Notes: generated by a model not told the origin, from the letters alone. Shown: positions 8,863-19,331, numbered from the stretch's first letter. The stretch is DNA of 64,000 bases from an uncultured Chloroflexia bacterium (GCA_963712745.1 CAVQJC010000020.1:352001-416000); one strand, 5' to 3'. A program made the numbers and translations.

Positions 8863-10053
8863 ATGTCGCGACACGACCTGGAGCGGATGGCGGCCGAGTC
8901 CAAGCGCGCCACGAAGCCCCACCACAAACCAACCCCCGAGGACGCCGACCGGGAACCCGGTGCGGACCTACGCAGCGCCGTCGGCAACGCCGGCATGGGC
9001 CGCCTGCTGGACCCGTCGGTCGGCAGCATCATCGAGGCCGAGCTCGGCGGCGGCAAGCCGCTGGCAACGACCCCCGGAGCACAGCGCTCCGCGCGCCGTG
9101 CGGACGACGATGTGCGCATCCACGATGACGGAACTGCCGCGCAGCTCAGCCGCGAGTTGGGTGCTGTGGCTTTCACCTACGGGCGGGACGTGTTCCTGGC
9201 CGGCAACGCCCCGGACCTGGGCAGTGAGGCAGGCCGGGCCATGCTCCGACACGAGCTCACGCACGTCGATCAGCAGGCGGAATCCGGCACCACGCGCCCG
9301 AAACGGGTGAGTTCCCCCGGCAGTCCGGCCGAGAAACAGGCCACCCGAGCCCAGGCCGGTACGCCCGTGACTGGTGCGGTCGGATCGGCCGGCGCGAGCG
9401 CCGTGCATCGGCAGGAGGAAGAGGAAGAGATGCAGCTGATGCGCGCGGACACCGTGCATCGGCAGGAGGAGCTGCCCGAAGAGGAGCTGGCCACGATGCC
9501 GGCCGACACCGTGCATCGGCAGGAGGAAGAGGAAGAGGAGATGGCCATGGCGATGCCGGCCGACACCGTGCATCGGCAGGAGGAAGAGGAAGAGATGCAG
9601 CTGATGCGCGCGGACACCGTGCATCGGCAGGAGGAGCTGCCCGAAGAGGAGCTGGCCATGATGCCGGCCGAAACCGTGCATCGGCAGGAAGTCGCAGAGC
9701 AGACCACTGCAGCCGCGCCAGCACCCGCGAATGCGGCCCTGGCGGCCCTCTTCAACGGAACGGTGACCGAGAAGCTGCGGACGGCACAGAGCTCCGTGGG
9801 GCAAGAGACGCCCGACTATCAGGCCGCACTCGCCGCCCTGACGGACGCGAGGAACGGTATCCGGGCCGTCGCGGACACGTACAGCGAGAGTGACCCGTCG
9901 CTCTTCACCGAGCTGGCGCTGCTCTACAACTCGACCTCCCTCGCCATCGCCAGGACGGAGCAACGCCTGGGCATCACTTCGGACCAGCCGCTGTCTGGCA
10001 CCATCGGCACTGTCATCAACATGGCTGTGCACGTCGGCCCCACCCTCCACTAG
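8863..10053 (+). CDS. DUF4157 (eCIS core domain) protein with acidic VHRQ repeats and an unassigned helical C-terminal domain
   Basis: LRSAVGNAGMGRLL; DVRIHDD...A.AFTYGRDVF...LRHELTHVDQQ...AEKQA. Start placed at ATG 8863 within track ORF 8710..10053. Confidence 0.85.
   Translation: MSRHDLERMAAESKRATKPHHKPTPEDADREPGADLRSAVGNAGMGRLLDPSVGSIIEAELGGGKPLATTPGAQRSARRADDDVRIHDDGTAAQLSRELGAVAFTYGRDVFLAGNAPDLGSEAGRAMLRHELTHVDQQAESGTTRPKRVSSPGSPAEKQATRAQAGTPVTGAVGSAGASAVHRQEEEEEMQLMRADTVHRQEELPEEELATMPADTVHRQEEEEEEMAMAMPADTVHRQEEEEEMQLMRADTVHRQEELPEEELAMMPAETVHRQEVAEQTTAAAPAPANAALAALFNGTVTEKLRTAQSSVGQETPDYQAALAALTDARNGIRAVADTYSESDPSLFTELALLYNSTSLAIARTEQRLGITSDQPLSGTIGTVINMAVHVGPTLH
9401..9690 (+). repeat. 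Coding tandem repeat: six CCGTGCATCGGCAGGA(G/A)G units encoding VHRQE-rich peptides of 17-19 aa
   Basis: Units visible in both DNA and protein in the pattern A-B-C-A-B' plus a final partial unit. Confidence 0.95.
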
Positions 10054-10183
10054 GGTCGACCCAACGCATCTGCGCACCTCTGCACCTTGGTGCGGCCACA
10101 GACACGTGGTCCATGGCCTGCATCCTACGGCCCGCCGGTGCGCTAGCCTGAGGGTGCCCTGACACGCACCCAGGAAGCTCCGA

Positions 10184-11140
10184 ATGCCCGACATGACCGC
10201 GCCCCTCAAGCTCGGCGCTGACATCTGGAACCAGTACACCGACTGGCCCTCCTTCAAGGCGGCCCACCTGCGGGCGGAAGAGCTGGGCTATGACTCACTC
10301 TGGACGATGGATCACATCTACCCGCCCTTCGAGCCGTCGGACGGGCCGATCTTCGAGGCCTTCACGGCCATGTCAGCCATCGCCGAGATCACCTCCAGGC
10401 CGTCGATCAGCGTGATGGTGGCCTCCAACACCTATCGCAACCCGGCGATGCTGACCAAGATCGTCACCACCATCGACCACATCAGCGACGGCCGCGCCAT
10501 CCTCGCCATCGGTGCCGGCTGGTCGGAGCATGAGCATCGCGGCTTCGGCCTCGAGTACGGCGAGAGTGTCGGCGAACGGCTGCGCTGGCTGAAGGAGGCC
10601 CTGCCAGTCGTGCGCGGCATGCTCGATGGGACCCAGCCGTCGGCCTCGGGCCCGCATTACCGGATGCGCAACGCCCACAACCAGCCGCCGCCCGTGCAGG
10701 ACCGCATGCAAATCCTCATCGGTGGCAGCGGGCGCAAGGTAACGCTGCGCCTGGTGGCCGAGTATGCCGACATCTGCAACATCGGCGGTTCTCCCTCGAA
10801 GGTGGCCGGGCTGGATGGCGTGCTCATCGAGCACTGCGAGGCGGTCGGCCGCAACGAGAAGGCGATCGAGCGCAGCATCGACGTGGGCGTGCCCACCATC
10901 CGCGACTCGCGCAGCCAGGCGTTCCGCGACCGCAACGCGCTCTTTGCCGCCCAGCAGAGCGAGCCCTGGAAGAACCAGCCCACGGGCACACCCGAGGACG
11001 TCTTCGAGTGGCTCGCTCGCTACGTGGACATCGGGTACCACCACCTCGTCTTCTACTGGCCCGCGCCGTGCGACGAGGAGTCGATGGTGCGCATGGCCAC
11101 CGAGATCCGCCCGCGACTGGAGGCGCTCATAGCGCGCTGA
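10184..11140 (+). CDS. LLM-class (probably F420-dependent) oxidoreductase, paralog 1
   Basis: AEELGYDSLWTMDH, YRNPAML.K...DHISDGR..L.IGAGW and ILIGGSG motifs. Confidence 0.9.
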   Translation: MPDMTAPLKLGADIWNQYTDWPSFKAAHLRAEELGYDSLWTMDHIYPPFEPSDGPIFEAFTAMSAIAEITSRPSISVMVASNTYRNPAMLTKIVTTIDHISDGRAILAIGAGWSEHEHRGFGLEYGESVGERLRWLKEALPVVRGMLDGTQPSASGPHYRMRNAHNQPPPVQDRMQILIGGSGRKVTLRLVAEYADICNIGGSPSKVAGLDGVLIEHCEAVGRNEKAIERSIDVGVPTIRDSRSQAFRDRNALFAAQQSEPWKNQPTGTPEDVFEWLARYVDIGYHHLVFYWPAPCDEESMVRMATEIRPRLEALIAR

Positions 11141-11178
11141 GGCACATCCTCACCATCGCGCCGCACCCAAGGACCGAC

Positions 11179-12138
11179 ATGCCCGACATGACCGCCCCAC
11201 TGAAGATGGGTATCAACAGCTGGAACCAGTACAGCGACTGGCCTTCCTTCCTCGCTGCGCAACAGCGCGCCGACCGGCTGGGCTTCGACTCTATCTGGAC
11301 CTGGGATCACCTCTACCCCATCGTCGGCTCACACCAGGGCCCGATATTCGAGGCCTATACCGCCATGGCGGCAGTGGCCAGCATGACCGAGCACGCCAGC
11401 GTCGGCCTGCTGGTGGGAGCCAACACCTTCCGCAACCCGGCACTGGTGGCCAAGATGGTGACGATGCTCGACCACATCAGTGGCGGCCGCGCGGTGCTGG
11501 GCATCGGAGCCGCCTGGTTCGAGACCGAACATCGGGCCTTCGGCATGGAGTTCGGGGAGAGCCCCGGGGAACGTCTTCGCTGGCTGCGCCAGGCGCTGCC
11601 CATCATGCGCGGCATGCTCGACGGCGAGCGCCCCACCGCGGCCGGCCCGCGCTACGACGTCAAGGACGTGCTCAACCTGCCGGCGCCGGTCCAGGACCGC
11701 CTGCCCATCCTCATCGGCGGCTCAGGTCGCAAGGTCACGCTTCGCCTGGTGGCCGAATACGCCGACATGTGCAACCTCGGCGGTGCGCCCGACGACCTGG
11801 CCGAGAAGGACGCGGCGCTGGTGTCCCATTGCGCGGCGGTCGGCCGCGACGAGAAGACCGTCGAGCGCACGGTCGGCATGGGCACGCCCTTCATCCGCGA
11901 CTCGCGCGAGGAGGCCTACACGGTGACCGCCGACGTCTTCGCCGACAACGGCGACGCCAAGACCTGGACAGGCATGCCCATCGGCACGGTCGAGGACGTG
12001 GTCGAGCGCTGCAAACCCTTCCTCGACCAGGGCTACCGCCACCTCATCTTCGGTCACCCCGCGCCGTACGATAGAGAGACCCTCGAGCGGCTGGCCGGCG
12101 AGGTCCGGCCCCAGCTCGAAGCCTACCTGTCCACCTGA
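11179..12138 (+). CDS. LLM-class (probably F420-dependent) oxidoreductase, paralog 2
   Basis: GFDSIWTWDH, FRNPALVAKM..LDHISGGR and ILIGGSG. Start at ATG 11179 after AAGGA matches the paralog 1 N-terminus MPDMTAPLK. Confidence 0.9.
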   Translation: MPDMTAPLKMGINSWNQYSDWPSFLAAQQRADRLGFDSIWTWDHLYPIVGSHQGPIFEAYTAMAAVASMTEHASVGLLVGANTFRNPALVAKMVTMLDHISGGRAVLGIGAAWFETEHRAFGMEFGESPGERLRWLRQALPIMRGMLDGERPTAAGPRYDVKDVLNLPAPVQDRLPILIGGSGRKVTLRLVAEYADMCNLGGAPDDLAEKDAALVSHCAAVGRDEKTVERTVGMGTPFIRDSREEAYTVTADVFADNGDAKTWTGMPIGTVEDVVERCKPFLDQGYRHLIFGHPAPYDRETLERLAGEVRPQLEAYLST

Positions 12139-12161
12139 TCCCCACGCCCGAGGAGCGACCG

Positions 12162-13157
12162 ATGCCGAACATGAACGCGCCCATCAAGCTCGGTGCCAAC
12201 GTCTGGAACCAGTACACCGACTGGCCCGGTTTCCTCGAGGCCATGCTGCTGGCCGAGGACCTGGGCTACGACTCCCTGTTCACCTGGGACCACGTCTATC
12301 CCATCGTGGGCTCATGGGAGGGCCCGGCGCTGGAGACCTACACGGCCATGGCCGCGGTCGCAGCGCAGACCAAGCGGGCCACCATCGGCCACCTGGTCAC
12401 GGCCAATACGTTCCGCAACCCTGCCCTGCTGGCCAAGATGATCACCACCATCGACCACATCAGCGGCGGACGAGCGGTGCTGGGCATCGGCGCAGCCTGG
12501 ATGGAGCCTGAGCACACCGCCTTCGGTCTCGAGTTCGGGGACCGTCCGGGCACGCGCCTGCGCTGGCTGGAGCAGTCGCTCCAGATCATCCGCGGCATGC
12601 TCGCCGGCGAGCGGCCCTCGTCAGCGGAGGACTCGCGCTACGAGGTCAAGGAGGTGCTGAACCTGCCGGCGCCGGTGCAGAAGCGCATCCCCATCCTCAT
12701 CGGCGGTTCGGGACCGAAGGTCACGCTGCGCCTGGTGGCCCAGTACGCCGACATGAACAACCTGGGCAACCTGGTGGGACCCCTCGTCGACTCTGAGCGC
12801 ATCCTGCAGGAGCACTGTGAGCGACTGGGACGGGACGATCGCGAGATCGAGCGCACGGTCGAGCTGCAGCGCGTGGTCATCCGCGACACGCGTGCGGCGG
12901 CCCTGGCACGCGAGGCCGAGCTGCTCGAGTACAACGGCGGTGCCAGGGACGACGAGGTCCGGCCTGGTTCAGCCGGTGTCGACTCCGATCGCATCGTGGC
13001 CGGCAACCCCGAGGAGGTGGCCGAGGAGTTGCGGCCGTACGTCGAGGCTGGCTACCGGCATCTCATCTGCGGCTTCCCACCGCCCTACGACGAGGAGAGC
13101 ATCCGGCGCATGGCGACCGAGGTGCGCCCACGCCTCGAGGCCATGGTGAAGAGCTGA
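12162..13157 (+). CDS. LLM-class (probably F420-dependent) oxidoreductase, paralog 3
   Basis: GYDSLFTWDH and FRNPALLAKM..IDHISGGR; GAGGAG RBS. Confidence 0.9.
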   Translation: MPNMNAPIKLGANVWNQYTDWPGFLEAMLLAEDLGYDSLFTWDHVYPIVGSWEGPALETYTAMAAVAAQTKRATIGHLVTANTFRNPALLAKMITTIDHISGGRAVLGIGAAWMEPEHTAFGLEFGDRPGTRLRWLEQSLQIIRGMLAGERPSSAEDSRYEVKEVLNLPAPVQKRIPILIGGSGPKVTLRLVAQYADMNNLGNLVGPLVDSERILQEHCERLGRDDREIERTVELQRVVIRDTRAAALAREAELLEYNGGARDDEVRPGSAGVDSDRIVAGNPEEVAEELRPYVEAGYRHLICGFPPPYDEESIRRMATEVRPRLEAMVKS

Positions 13158-13347
13158 CGAAGACGCAGGTAAGGGCAGGCTAAGGATCGCTCGATAGCCT
13201 GCCAGGGGCGCCCTCGGGACCGGCCGCCAGAGCCGGCCATGGATCCCGGGCGCGCCCCCGTTCGACGACGGTCCACCGTGATCGTGACGGCCGGACAGCC
13301 CGCCGACCATCCCCGCCGCTTCCGCCCGCCGGCAGGAGCGACACGGT

Positions 13348-14064
13348 TTGAACGATGCGATGCCGCAGTGGCGGTCGTTCTCGTCAGATGCACCCGTCCC
13401 GCCTGGCGAGGCCGCGCCGCCGCCCAACCCGGTACCCGGACGACCGGGCAACCGCTGGCTCATCACCGCGCTGGCTGCTCTTCTAGGCCTGGCCGCGAGC
13501 GCCGCGTGCATCGGCGTTCTGGTCCTCCTGCTGACGGTGCCCTCGACGGCTGACCCCATGGGTCAGATCGGGGACCCGCTCGAGGCCGGCGGGGCTGCAT
13601 CCGTGATGACGGAGGCCAGCTCACCGGTCCCGCTGACTCGGATCGTGGTGGATGTCGCCGGCGCCGTGGCCCGGCCCGGCCTGCACCGCTTGTCACCCGG
13701 CGACCGTGTCGGCGACGCCATAGCTGCGGCCGGCGGGTTCGCGCCCCGGGCTGACCTCACCGCGGCCACTCGCGAGCTGAATCTCGCCCAGCCGCTGGCG
13801 GACGGCATGAAAGTACTGGTACCCGAGCTCGGCATCGATCGGGAGACGGGACCGGGCGGACGCGCTGACGACGGGCGCATCGACCTCAACCACGCCGACC
13901 AGGCTGAGCTTGAGTCGCTGCCCGGCATCGGCCCCGTCACCGCCGCCAAGATCCTTGCCGCACGAGGCGAGCGCCGCTTCGAGAGCGTGCAGGACCTGCG
14001 CACGCGGGGGCTCGTGGGCGAGAAGGTCTTCGGCGACATCAGGAGCCTGGTCCACGCGGGATAG
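13348..14064 (+). CDS. comEA: Competence DNA receptor ComEA (TM, SLBB, helix-hairpin-helix)
   Basis: VVDVAGAVARPG...RVGDAIAAAGG...NLAQPLADG; IDLNHADQAELESLPGIGPVTAAKI. Confidence 0.92.
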   Translation: MNDAMPQWRSFSSDAPVPPGEAAPPPNPVPGRPGNRWLITALAALLGLAASAACIGVLVLLLTVPSTADPMGQIGDPLEAGGAASVMTEASSPVPLTRIVVDVAGAVARPGLHRLSPGDRVGDAIAAAGGFAPRADLTAATRELNLAQPLADGMKVLVPELGIDRETGPGGRADDGRIDLNHADQAELESLPGIGPVTAAKILAARGERRFESVQDLRTRGLVGEKVFGDIRSLVHAG

Positions 14065-14082
14065 CGGGATCGAGCCCCTCGG

Positions 14083-16564
14083 ATGCCGAACCTCCCTCGC
14101 GCTGGCTGGCTGGCCGTCGGTGCCATCACCGCGGCTCTGCTGACCGCCAGCGACTACGTCCATCTGCCGCTGCCTGCCTCCGCCGTGCTGGCCCTCGGTG
14201 CGGCGACGATCGTCGGCGCCGCCCTGTTGCTTTGCGTGGGACGAGTGACGCCTGCTGCCTTCTGTCTGGCGGCCGGTACCGTGGTCCTGCGGGCGGCACT
14301 CGCGGCCGTCGCCACCGGAACCGCGGCCACCGCGCTGCCGCTACCGGTCGGCAGCGGCGAGTGGAACGGCGAGATCGTGGACGTCTCTTCACCCTCAGGC
14401 ACGGAGCAGCGGGCGTTCGTGCGCATCGACGCGCCGGCGGGCGACGGTGGATGGCTGGTCTACGCCTGGCTGCCGCGTCACCCGGCGCTCGTCCCGGGAG
14501 ACGGGGTCAAACTGCGCGGCGCGCTCGAGCCACCGCCGGATGACGGCCCCGGCTTCGCCGGCTTCCTCGAGTCGCGAGGTGCGGCCGGCACCCTCAAGGC
14601 CCATGGCCTGGAGCTGGCGGCGCACGGCAGCGGAGCGGGGGCGGCCGTGGAGCAGCTGCGCTGGGGCATAGACGAGGCACTCTCGCGGGCGATACCCGAG
14701 CCCGAGGCCGGGCTCGCCTCGGGCATCCTGGTGGGCCTGCGCGAGCGCGTGAGTCGCCAGGTGGCCGAGGACTTCACCACCACTGGCCTCACGCACGTGG
14801 TCGCCATCAGCGGCTGGAATATCGCCCTTGTGGCCGGCATCGCCACGGCGCTGCTGCGTGCGACAGGCCTGGGCCGGCGGCCGCGCAGCCTCCTCGTCAT
14901 CGTCGCCATCGTGACCTACACCATCCTCGCGGGAGCAGAGGCCAGCGTCATCCGGGCCGCGGTCATGGGCGCCGTCGTGCTCGTCGCCCGGGAGTCCGGC
15001 CGGCCTTCGGGCGCAGCGGCGGCGCTGGGCCTTGCCTGCTGGGGGCTGCTGCTGGCCGAGCCCGCGATGATCGACGATATCGGCCTGCAGCTCTCGCTGG
15101 CCGCGACCGCGGGTCTGCTGGTGCTGGGCGGTCCCGCAGAGGCGGCCGTCGGACGTTTGACGCGAGGACGTGCGCCACGCTGGCTGGGCGAGACGCTGGG
15201 GGTGTCCCTGGCCGCCCAGCTCTCGACGCTGCCGCTGATCCTGTTGCACTTCGGGCGGCTCTCGCTCATCTCTCCGCTGGCCAACCTGCTGGTGGCGCCG
15301 ATCGTGCCGCTGGCCATGCTCGGCGCAGCCATCGGGGTCGTGATGGGGCCGCTGCTGGTGGGACCGGTGGTAGGCCTTGCGCTGGCACCACTGTCACTGG
15401 GCTCGTGGCTGCCGCTGGCACTCATGACGCGTGGCGCGACGTTGCTGGCGGGCGTGCCCCTGGCCAGCGTCGAGCTGCCCTCGCCACTCGACCAGGTCGG
15501 AGCCGCCCTGGCCTTGGCCGCCCTCGTCGCGGCCCTGCGGGCAACACGTTCGGAGCCACGCTCGAACCTCCGCCCGTGGCAGCCTCCGCCGCGTACGGGG
15601 CGGGGGCGCTCGAGGAAGCTCGTGGCGATCGGCGCGGTCGGGGCCCTCATTACCGCGGGCTCTGCCACGCTCGTGGTCGGACCCGCCCCCGGACTGCGCC
15701 TCAGCGTGCTCGATATCGGCCAGGGAGACGCCATCCTGCTCGAGACGGCCGATGGTCAGCGCATGCTCGTCGACGGCGGACCGGACCCCGACCTGCTCGT
15801 GCGCCGGCTGGACGAGCGCATCCCCGTGTGGGATCGCCACATCGATCTGGCCGTGCTGACACATCCGCACGAGGACCACGCCGGCGGCCTGGCGGGGCTG
15901 GCCCCACGCTACTCGATCAGCCGCATCGCCGAGACCGGGATGAACAGCGAAGGTGCGGGCGTGCGCGAGCTGCGAAGTGCGGCCGCCCGGTATGACATCG
16001 GACGCGTGCGCCTCGACCAGGGCGATACCTTCCGCCTGGGCCAGGCCCGGGTGGAGGTCCTGTGGCCACCGCGCCATGCCCTCCCCCATCGCCTCCTCAG
16101 CGACGGGCGAGCCATCAACGGAACATCCATCGTGCTGGCGGTGAGCCTGGGGCAACAGCGCGTCCTCCTGACCGGCGACCTCGAGGACGACCACGATCTC
16201 GACCTCCTCGAGATGATCGAGCCGGGGGCACGCTGGGACGTGCTCAAGGTGGCTCACCACGGCAGCGCCACCGCTTCGGGCGGGAGCCTCCTGGACTTGC
16301 TCCGGCCACGCCTGGCTGCGATCAGCGTCGGACTTGGCAATCGCTACGGCCACCCTGCGCCTGACACGCTCGCGCGCCTGGAGGCGGCCGGGTCCACGAT
16401 CTGGCGGACGGACCGCCAGGGCACGCTGGCGATAGCGCTCGATGGACGGCCACGGTCGGCCTCCGCCATGGTCGCCGGCCCACCGCGGACGGGCTGCCCC
16501 ACGACCACCCTGCCCCCACCGGTCACCACGACCGGTCCGCGTGACCCCTGCTACATTCGACCCG
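14083..16564 (+). CDS. comEC: Competence channel ComEC/Rec2 with MBL domain (end approximate: no in-frame stop until 18333)
   Basis: GLTHVVAISGWNI, SVIRAAVM, LDIGQGDAIL, LTHPHEDHAGG, LLTGD, LKVAHHGS, NRYGHP and RTDRQG motifs. Confidence 0.9.
16549..16557 (+). promoter_or_regulatory. Extended -10 element (TGcTACATT) 7 nt upstream of the HD-gene ATG; probable leaderless promoter
   Basis: Direct reading; no Shine-Dalgarno before ATG 16565. Confidence 0.5.
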
Positions 16565-17230
16565 ATGGCGGTACCCACCAGAACCGAAGCGCTCTCACTG
16601 CTCATGTCCACCGCGCCCACGCCTCGTCTGCTGCAGCACGTGACGGTAGTGGCCGAGGTGGCCGCGTTCCTGGCCTATCGCGCCACGCGCGCCGGCGTCG
16701 CCGTCGACCGGCGCCTGGTGGAGACAGCCGCGCTCCTCCACGACGTGGACAAGGCCTTGCCGGCCAGCCATCCGCTCAAGGCGCAAGGCCACGGCAGGGC
16801 CGGCGCTGCCTGGTTGAGCGAGGCCGGTCACCCGGAGTTGGCGCGCGCGCTCATGGCCCACCCGGTCACCAGGCTGGCCGACCCCGATGCCGAGCGGTGG
16901 GTCGTCGAGGCGCCCATCGAAGAGCGCATCGTGACCTACGCCGACAAGCGGGCGACGCAGCGGGTGGTCTCGCTCGAGCAGCGCTTCGACCGATGGCGCC
17001 GACGGCATCCCGAGTACGCCAGCCAACTCGACTGCGCCTACGCCAACGCGTGCCGCCTGGAACGGGTCCTGTGCCAGAGCATCGGATTGGAGCCGGGTGC
17101 TGTCGAGCGACTGCGCTGGGTCGAGGACGCACGAGCTCGAGCCCAAGCCAACGGCAGCCTGCCCGCCAACGCGGACGAGCCCATCGCTGGCGCGGCTGGG
17201 GCCACTCCCGTGGACCGGGCGGCGCGATGA
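16565..17230 (+). CDS. HD-domain metal-dependent phosphohydrolase
   Basis: LQHV..V...AALLHDVDK...GH...H...IVTYADKR; ATGA overlap with the holA start. Confidence 0.85.
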   Translation: MAVPTRTEALSLLMSTAPTPRLLQHVTVVAEVAAFLAYRATRAGVAVDRRLVETAALLHDVDKALPASHPLKAQGHGRAGAAWLSEAGHPELARALMAHPVTRLADPDAERWVVEAPIEERIVTYADKRATQRVVSLEQRFDRWRRRHPEYASQLDCAYANACRLERVLCQSIGLEPGAVERLRWVEDARARAQANGSLPANADEPIAGAAGATPVDRAAR

Positions 17231-18333
17231 GCCCGACGCCGGCACTGGCCTACTTCTGGGGCGAGGACGCATTCATGATCGAGCGCGCAGCGCGGGAGTA
17301 TGCCGAGCAGGTCTCGCCGCCGGGCGAGCGCATGGAGGTCTGGCGCGCGAACCTCGATGACGACGCCGGCGAGGAGAGCGGTTCCGCCTCGGCCGCGAAA
17401 CGTCGTGCCCGCGCCCTCGACAGCATCGAGCAGCACCTGGGCATGGCCCCGCTCTTCGGCGCGGGCACGCTCGTGGTCGTACGTCAGCCGGCTGGCCTGC
17501 TCGCCGAGAAGGAGGCCCGGGGGCGCCTCATCGACCTCGTCGGCGTGGTCCCTCCCGGCAACGCCCTGTGCGTCACCGACCTCATCGCCTCGAGCGCCAA
17601 GGCCCCGGCCGCGCGGGGCGCGCTCCGCGACGCCATCCGCGACGCCGGCGGGGTGGTGCAGGAGTTCAAGGCCCCAGGTGTGGGCCGGCTCGAACCGTGG
17701 CTCGTCGGACGCGCAGGGGAGCTGGGCATCGAGCTGCAGCCGGCTGCGGCGCGCCTGCTGGCAGAGCGCGTCGGGGGACACATCCGCGAATCCGACGTCG
17801 ATCGCCGGCGGCGCACGGAGCTGGCCAACGGTGAGCTCGAGAAGCTGGCGCTCTACCGGCCCGGGGGCTCAGTCAGCGCGGACGACGTCGATGCACTCGT
17901 GAGCGAGACCATCCCGGGCTCGATGTGGGCCTTCCTCGACGCGGTCGGCCTGCGCGCGGGGCCCAACGCTGCGGCGCTCGCCGAGCGGCTCCTCGACGAT
18001 GCCACACCCTTGCCGGTGCTGGTCTCGCAGCTGCATCGCCGGCTGCGGGAGCTCATCCTCGTGCGCGAGCACCTCGATGCCGGCTCCAGGCCGGCGCAGA
18101 TCGTCAAGGACCTGAAGCTGCAGCCCTTCCGCGCCCAGAAACTGGCCGAACAGGCTGGCAACTGGCCACTGCGGGCACTCGAGACTGCGTTGGTGGAGCT
18201 GCTGGCGGTCGACCTGCGCTCCAAGGGCATCGCGCTCGACGGCTCCACGCTGCAGATGTCCGAGCACATCGACGCACTCTCGGTGCAGACCTGGGTCGCG
18301 CGACACGCGGCATCGGCGAACCGCCAGGGGTGA
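17227..18333 (+). CDS. holA: DNA polymerase III delta subunit
   Basis: YFWGEDAFMIE, PLFGAGTLVVV, AARLLAERVG, ELEKLALY and WAFLDAV; conserved position downstream of comEC. Confidence 0.82.
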   Translation: MSPTPALAYFWGEDAFMIERAAREYAEQVSPPGERMEVWRANLDDDAGEESGSASAAKRRARALDSIEQHLGMAPLFGAGTLVVVRQPAGLLAEKEARGRLIDLVGVVPPGNALCVTDLIASSAKAPAARGALRDAIRDAGGVVQEFKAPGVGRLEPWLVGRAGELGIELQPAAARLLAERVGGHIRESDVDRRRRTELANGELEKLALYRPGGSVSADDVDALVSETIPGSMWAFLDAVGLRAGPNAAALAERLLDDATPLPVLVSQLHRRLRELILVREHLDAGSRPAQIVKDLKLQPFRAQKLAEQAGNWPLRALETALVELLAVDLRSKGIALDGSTLQMSEHIDALSVQTWVARHAASANRQG

Positions 18334-19331
18334 GGCCCGCCCGCATCGAGCTCCGCTCCCATGGCCTGGCGGTGTGGCTGGCGCTCCTGGTGACCGTACT
18401 CTGGAGCTCTTCGTGGGTGCTCATCCGCTGGGGCCTTGACGACGAGTCCCTGCCGCCGGTGATGTTCGCCGCGTTGCGCTATGGCCTGGCGGCCATCGTG
18501 CTGGCCGGCTTCGTCATCGTCCGCGAGCGCCACCGCCGCCACCACTACCGCGTCAGCCGGGGCTACGTGACGCGCCTGGTGCTGCTCGGCGTGGTCATGT
18601 ACTCGCTCACCCAGGGAGCGGTGTTCGTGGCTCTTGATGCACAACCGGCGGCCACCACCAGCCTGGTCCTGTCGCTGACGCCACTGCTCGTCGCCGGCGG
18701 CGCCGCCATCACGCTCTCGGAGGTGCCGTCGCGCTGGCAGCTCGTCGGTGTGGCGCTGGTGGCGCTGGGCGCGGGGCTCTTCTTCGCCGGCGATCTCGGA
18801 GCCACGACTGCCGGCATGGTCGCCGCCGGCATCGCGCTGCTGGCCAACGTCGCGGCGTCGATCCTCGGGCGCAGCGTGAACCGCGAGGGTCAGCTGCCGG
18901 CCATCACCATCACCACCATCAGCATGGGCATCGGCGCGGGCGCGTTGGTCTTCATCGCGGTCGGCCTCGAGGGCATCCCCAGCGTGTCTGCGCGTGGCTG
19001 GCTCATCATCGCCTGGCTGGCGGTCGTCAACACCGCCTTTGCCTTCACCCTTTGGAACCTTTCCCTGCAGCGACTGTCGGCGGTGGAGTCGGCCAGCATC
19101 AACAACACCATGCTGGTGCAGATCGCGCTGCTGGCCTGGCTGTTCCTGGGCGAGGCGCCGGGGCCCCTTGGCCTTCTCGGCATCGCCCTCGTCTCGGCCG
19201 GGGTCTACCTCGTGCAGGCGACCCGGCGGACGCGCGTGGCCGGGCTCGGACCTGAAGTGGCATTCGCAGGCGAGGGAGTGGTAGACGAGGCGCCGGAAAG
19301 CACGTCGCGACCGGGTGGCGGGGCCGGTTAG
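18330..19331 (+). CDS. DMT/EamA family transporter
   Basis: About 10 TM helices; LWSSSWVLIR...FAALRY, NTAFAFTLWN and FLGE motifs; GTGA overlap with holA. Confidence 0.85.
   Translation: MRPARIELRSHGLAVWLALLVTVLWSSSWVLIRWGLDDESLPPVMFAALRYGLAAIVLAGFVIVRERHRRHHYRVSRGYVTRLVLLGVVMYSLTQGAVFVALDAQPAATTSLVLSLTPLLVAGGAAITLSEVPSRWQLVGVALVALGAGLFFAGDLGATTAGMVAAGIALLANVAASILGRSVNREGQLPAITITTISMGIGAGALVFIAVGLEGIPSVSARGWLIIAWLAVVNTAFAFTLWNLSLQRLSAVESASINNTMLVQIALLAWLFLGEAPGPLGLLGIALVSAGVYLVQATRRTRVAGLGPEVAFAGEGVVDEAPESTSRPGGGAG

Noticed and set aside
9401-9690. VHRQ repeats as a multicore RiPP precursor
   Set aside because: Embedded in a DUF4157 protein, with no recognisable RiPP maturase or exporter nearby.
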